Notes under the pieces: model-generated
What the model saw: only the letters and a program-made list of their open reading frames with translations
What the model was told of the DNA's origin: nothing
Databases searched by the model: none
Made by a program: the position numbers and the translations under genes
Virus record (IMG/VR): IMGVR_UViG_3300017978_000236
From: an uncultured virus (IMG/VR IMGVR_UViG_3300017978_000236)
Lineage: Duplodnaviria; Heunggongvirae; Uroviricota; Caudoviricetes; Crassvirales
Direction: 5' to 3' (one strand)
DNA: 64,000 bases
Part shown: positions 63,881-64,000 of the stretch, piece by piece
Layout of the letters: every line of letters begins with the position of its first letter
Numbering within the stretch: position 1 is the stretch's first letter

Positions 63881-64000
63881 ATGGCAAAAACAAAAAACGA
63901 ATCTGTTAAGTTAGAAAAGAAAAAAATAAGTCGCCCTGGTGTTCATTCAAAAACAAAGACATCAAAGCTAAAAGACTCTAAAAATTATAAAAAAACATAT
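63881..64000 (+). CDS. Partial small basic protein (3' truncated)
   Basis: MAKTKNESVKLEKKKISRPGVHSKTKTSKLKDSKNYKKTY, open to the window end. Confidence 0.6.
   Translation, partial: MAKTKNESVKLEKKKISRPGVHSKTKTSKLKDSKNYKKTY

Overview
This window is most of an AT-rich, podovirus-type tailed phage genome, very likely infecting Bacteroidota (probably Flavobacteriia). The host call rests on many TAnnTTTG host-sigma promoters and A-rich translation starts without Shine-Dalgarno motifs. The + strand at 1-28.8 kb carries a crAss-like morphogenesis module: GroES-like protein, terminase, portal, scaffold, capsid, ring proteins, a split nozzle and ejection proteins. The - strand at 28.9-48.9 kb carries early and replication genes (ERF, YqaJ exonuclease, SSB, replication initiator, primase-helicase, ThyX, MazG, phosphoesterases, M28 peptidase); I recognise no DNA or RNA polymerase. 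The + strand at 49.8-64 kb carries a RepL-like protein, candidate anti-defence sponge genes, GroEL/GroES, small basic proteins and tail fibres. The best find is at 9.0-9.5 kb: a five-tRNA array (Pro-TGG, Gln-TTG, His-GTG, Arg-ACG, Leu-TAG) behind a classical-looking ribosome-dependent transcription attenuator. Its unannotated 23-codon leader contains CTA-CGT-CAC-CCG-CAA-CAA, exactly the codons those five tRNAs read. All five tRNAs are G36 (CNN-reading) species with A37 rather than the TrmD-methylated G37. Also notable: 14 thrombospondin type-1-like repeats in tail proteins, a dispersed iteron-like palindrome, and several tRNA-mimic or structured RNAs. Product calls come from motif recognition only; no searches were run.
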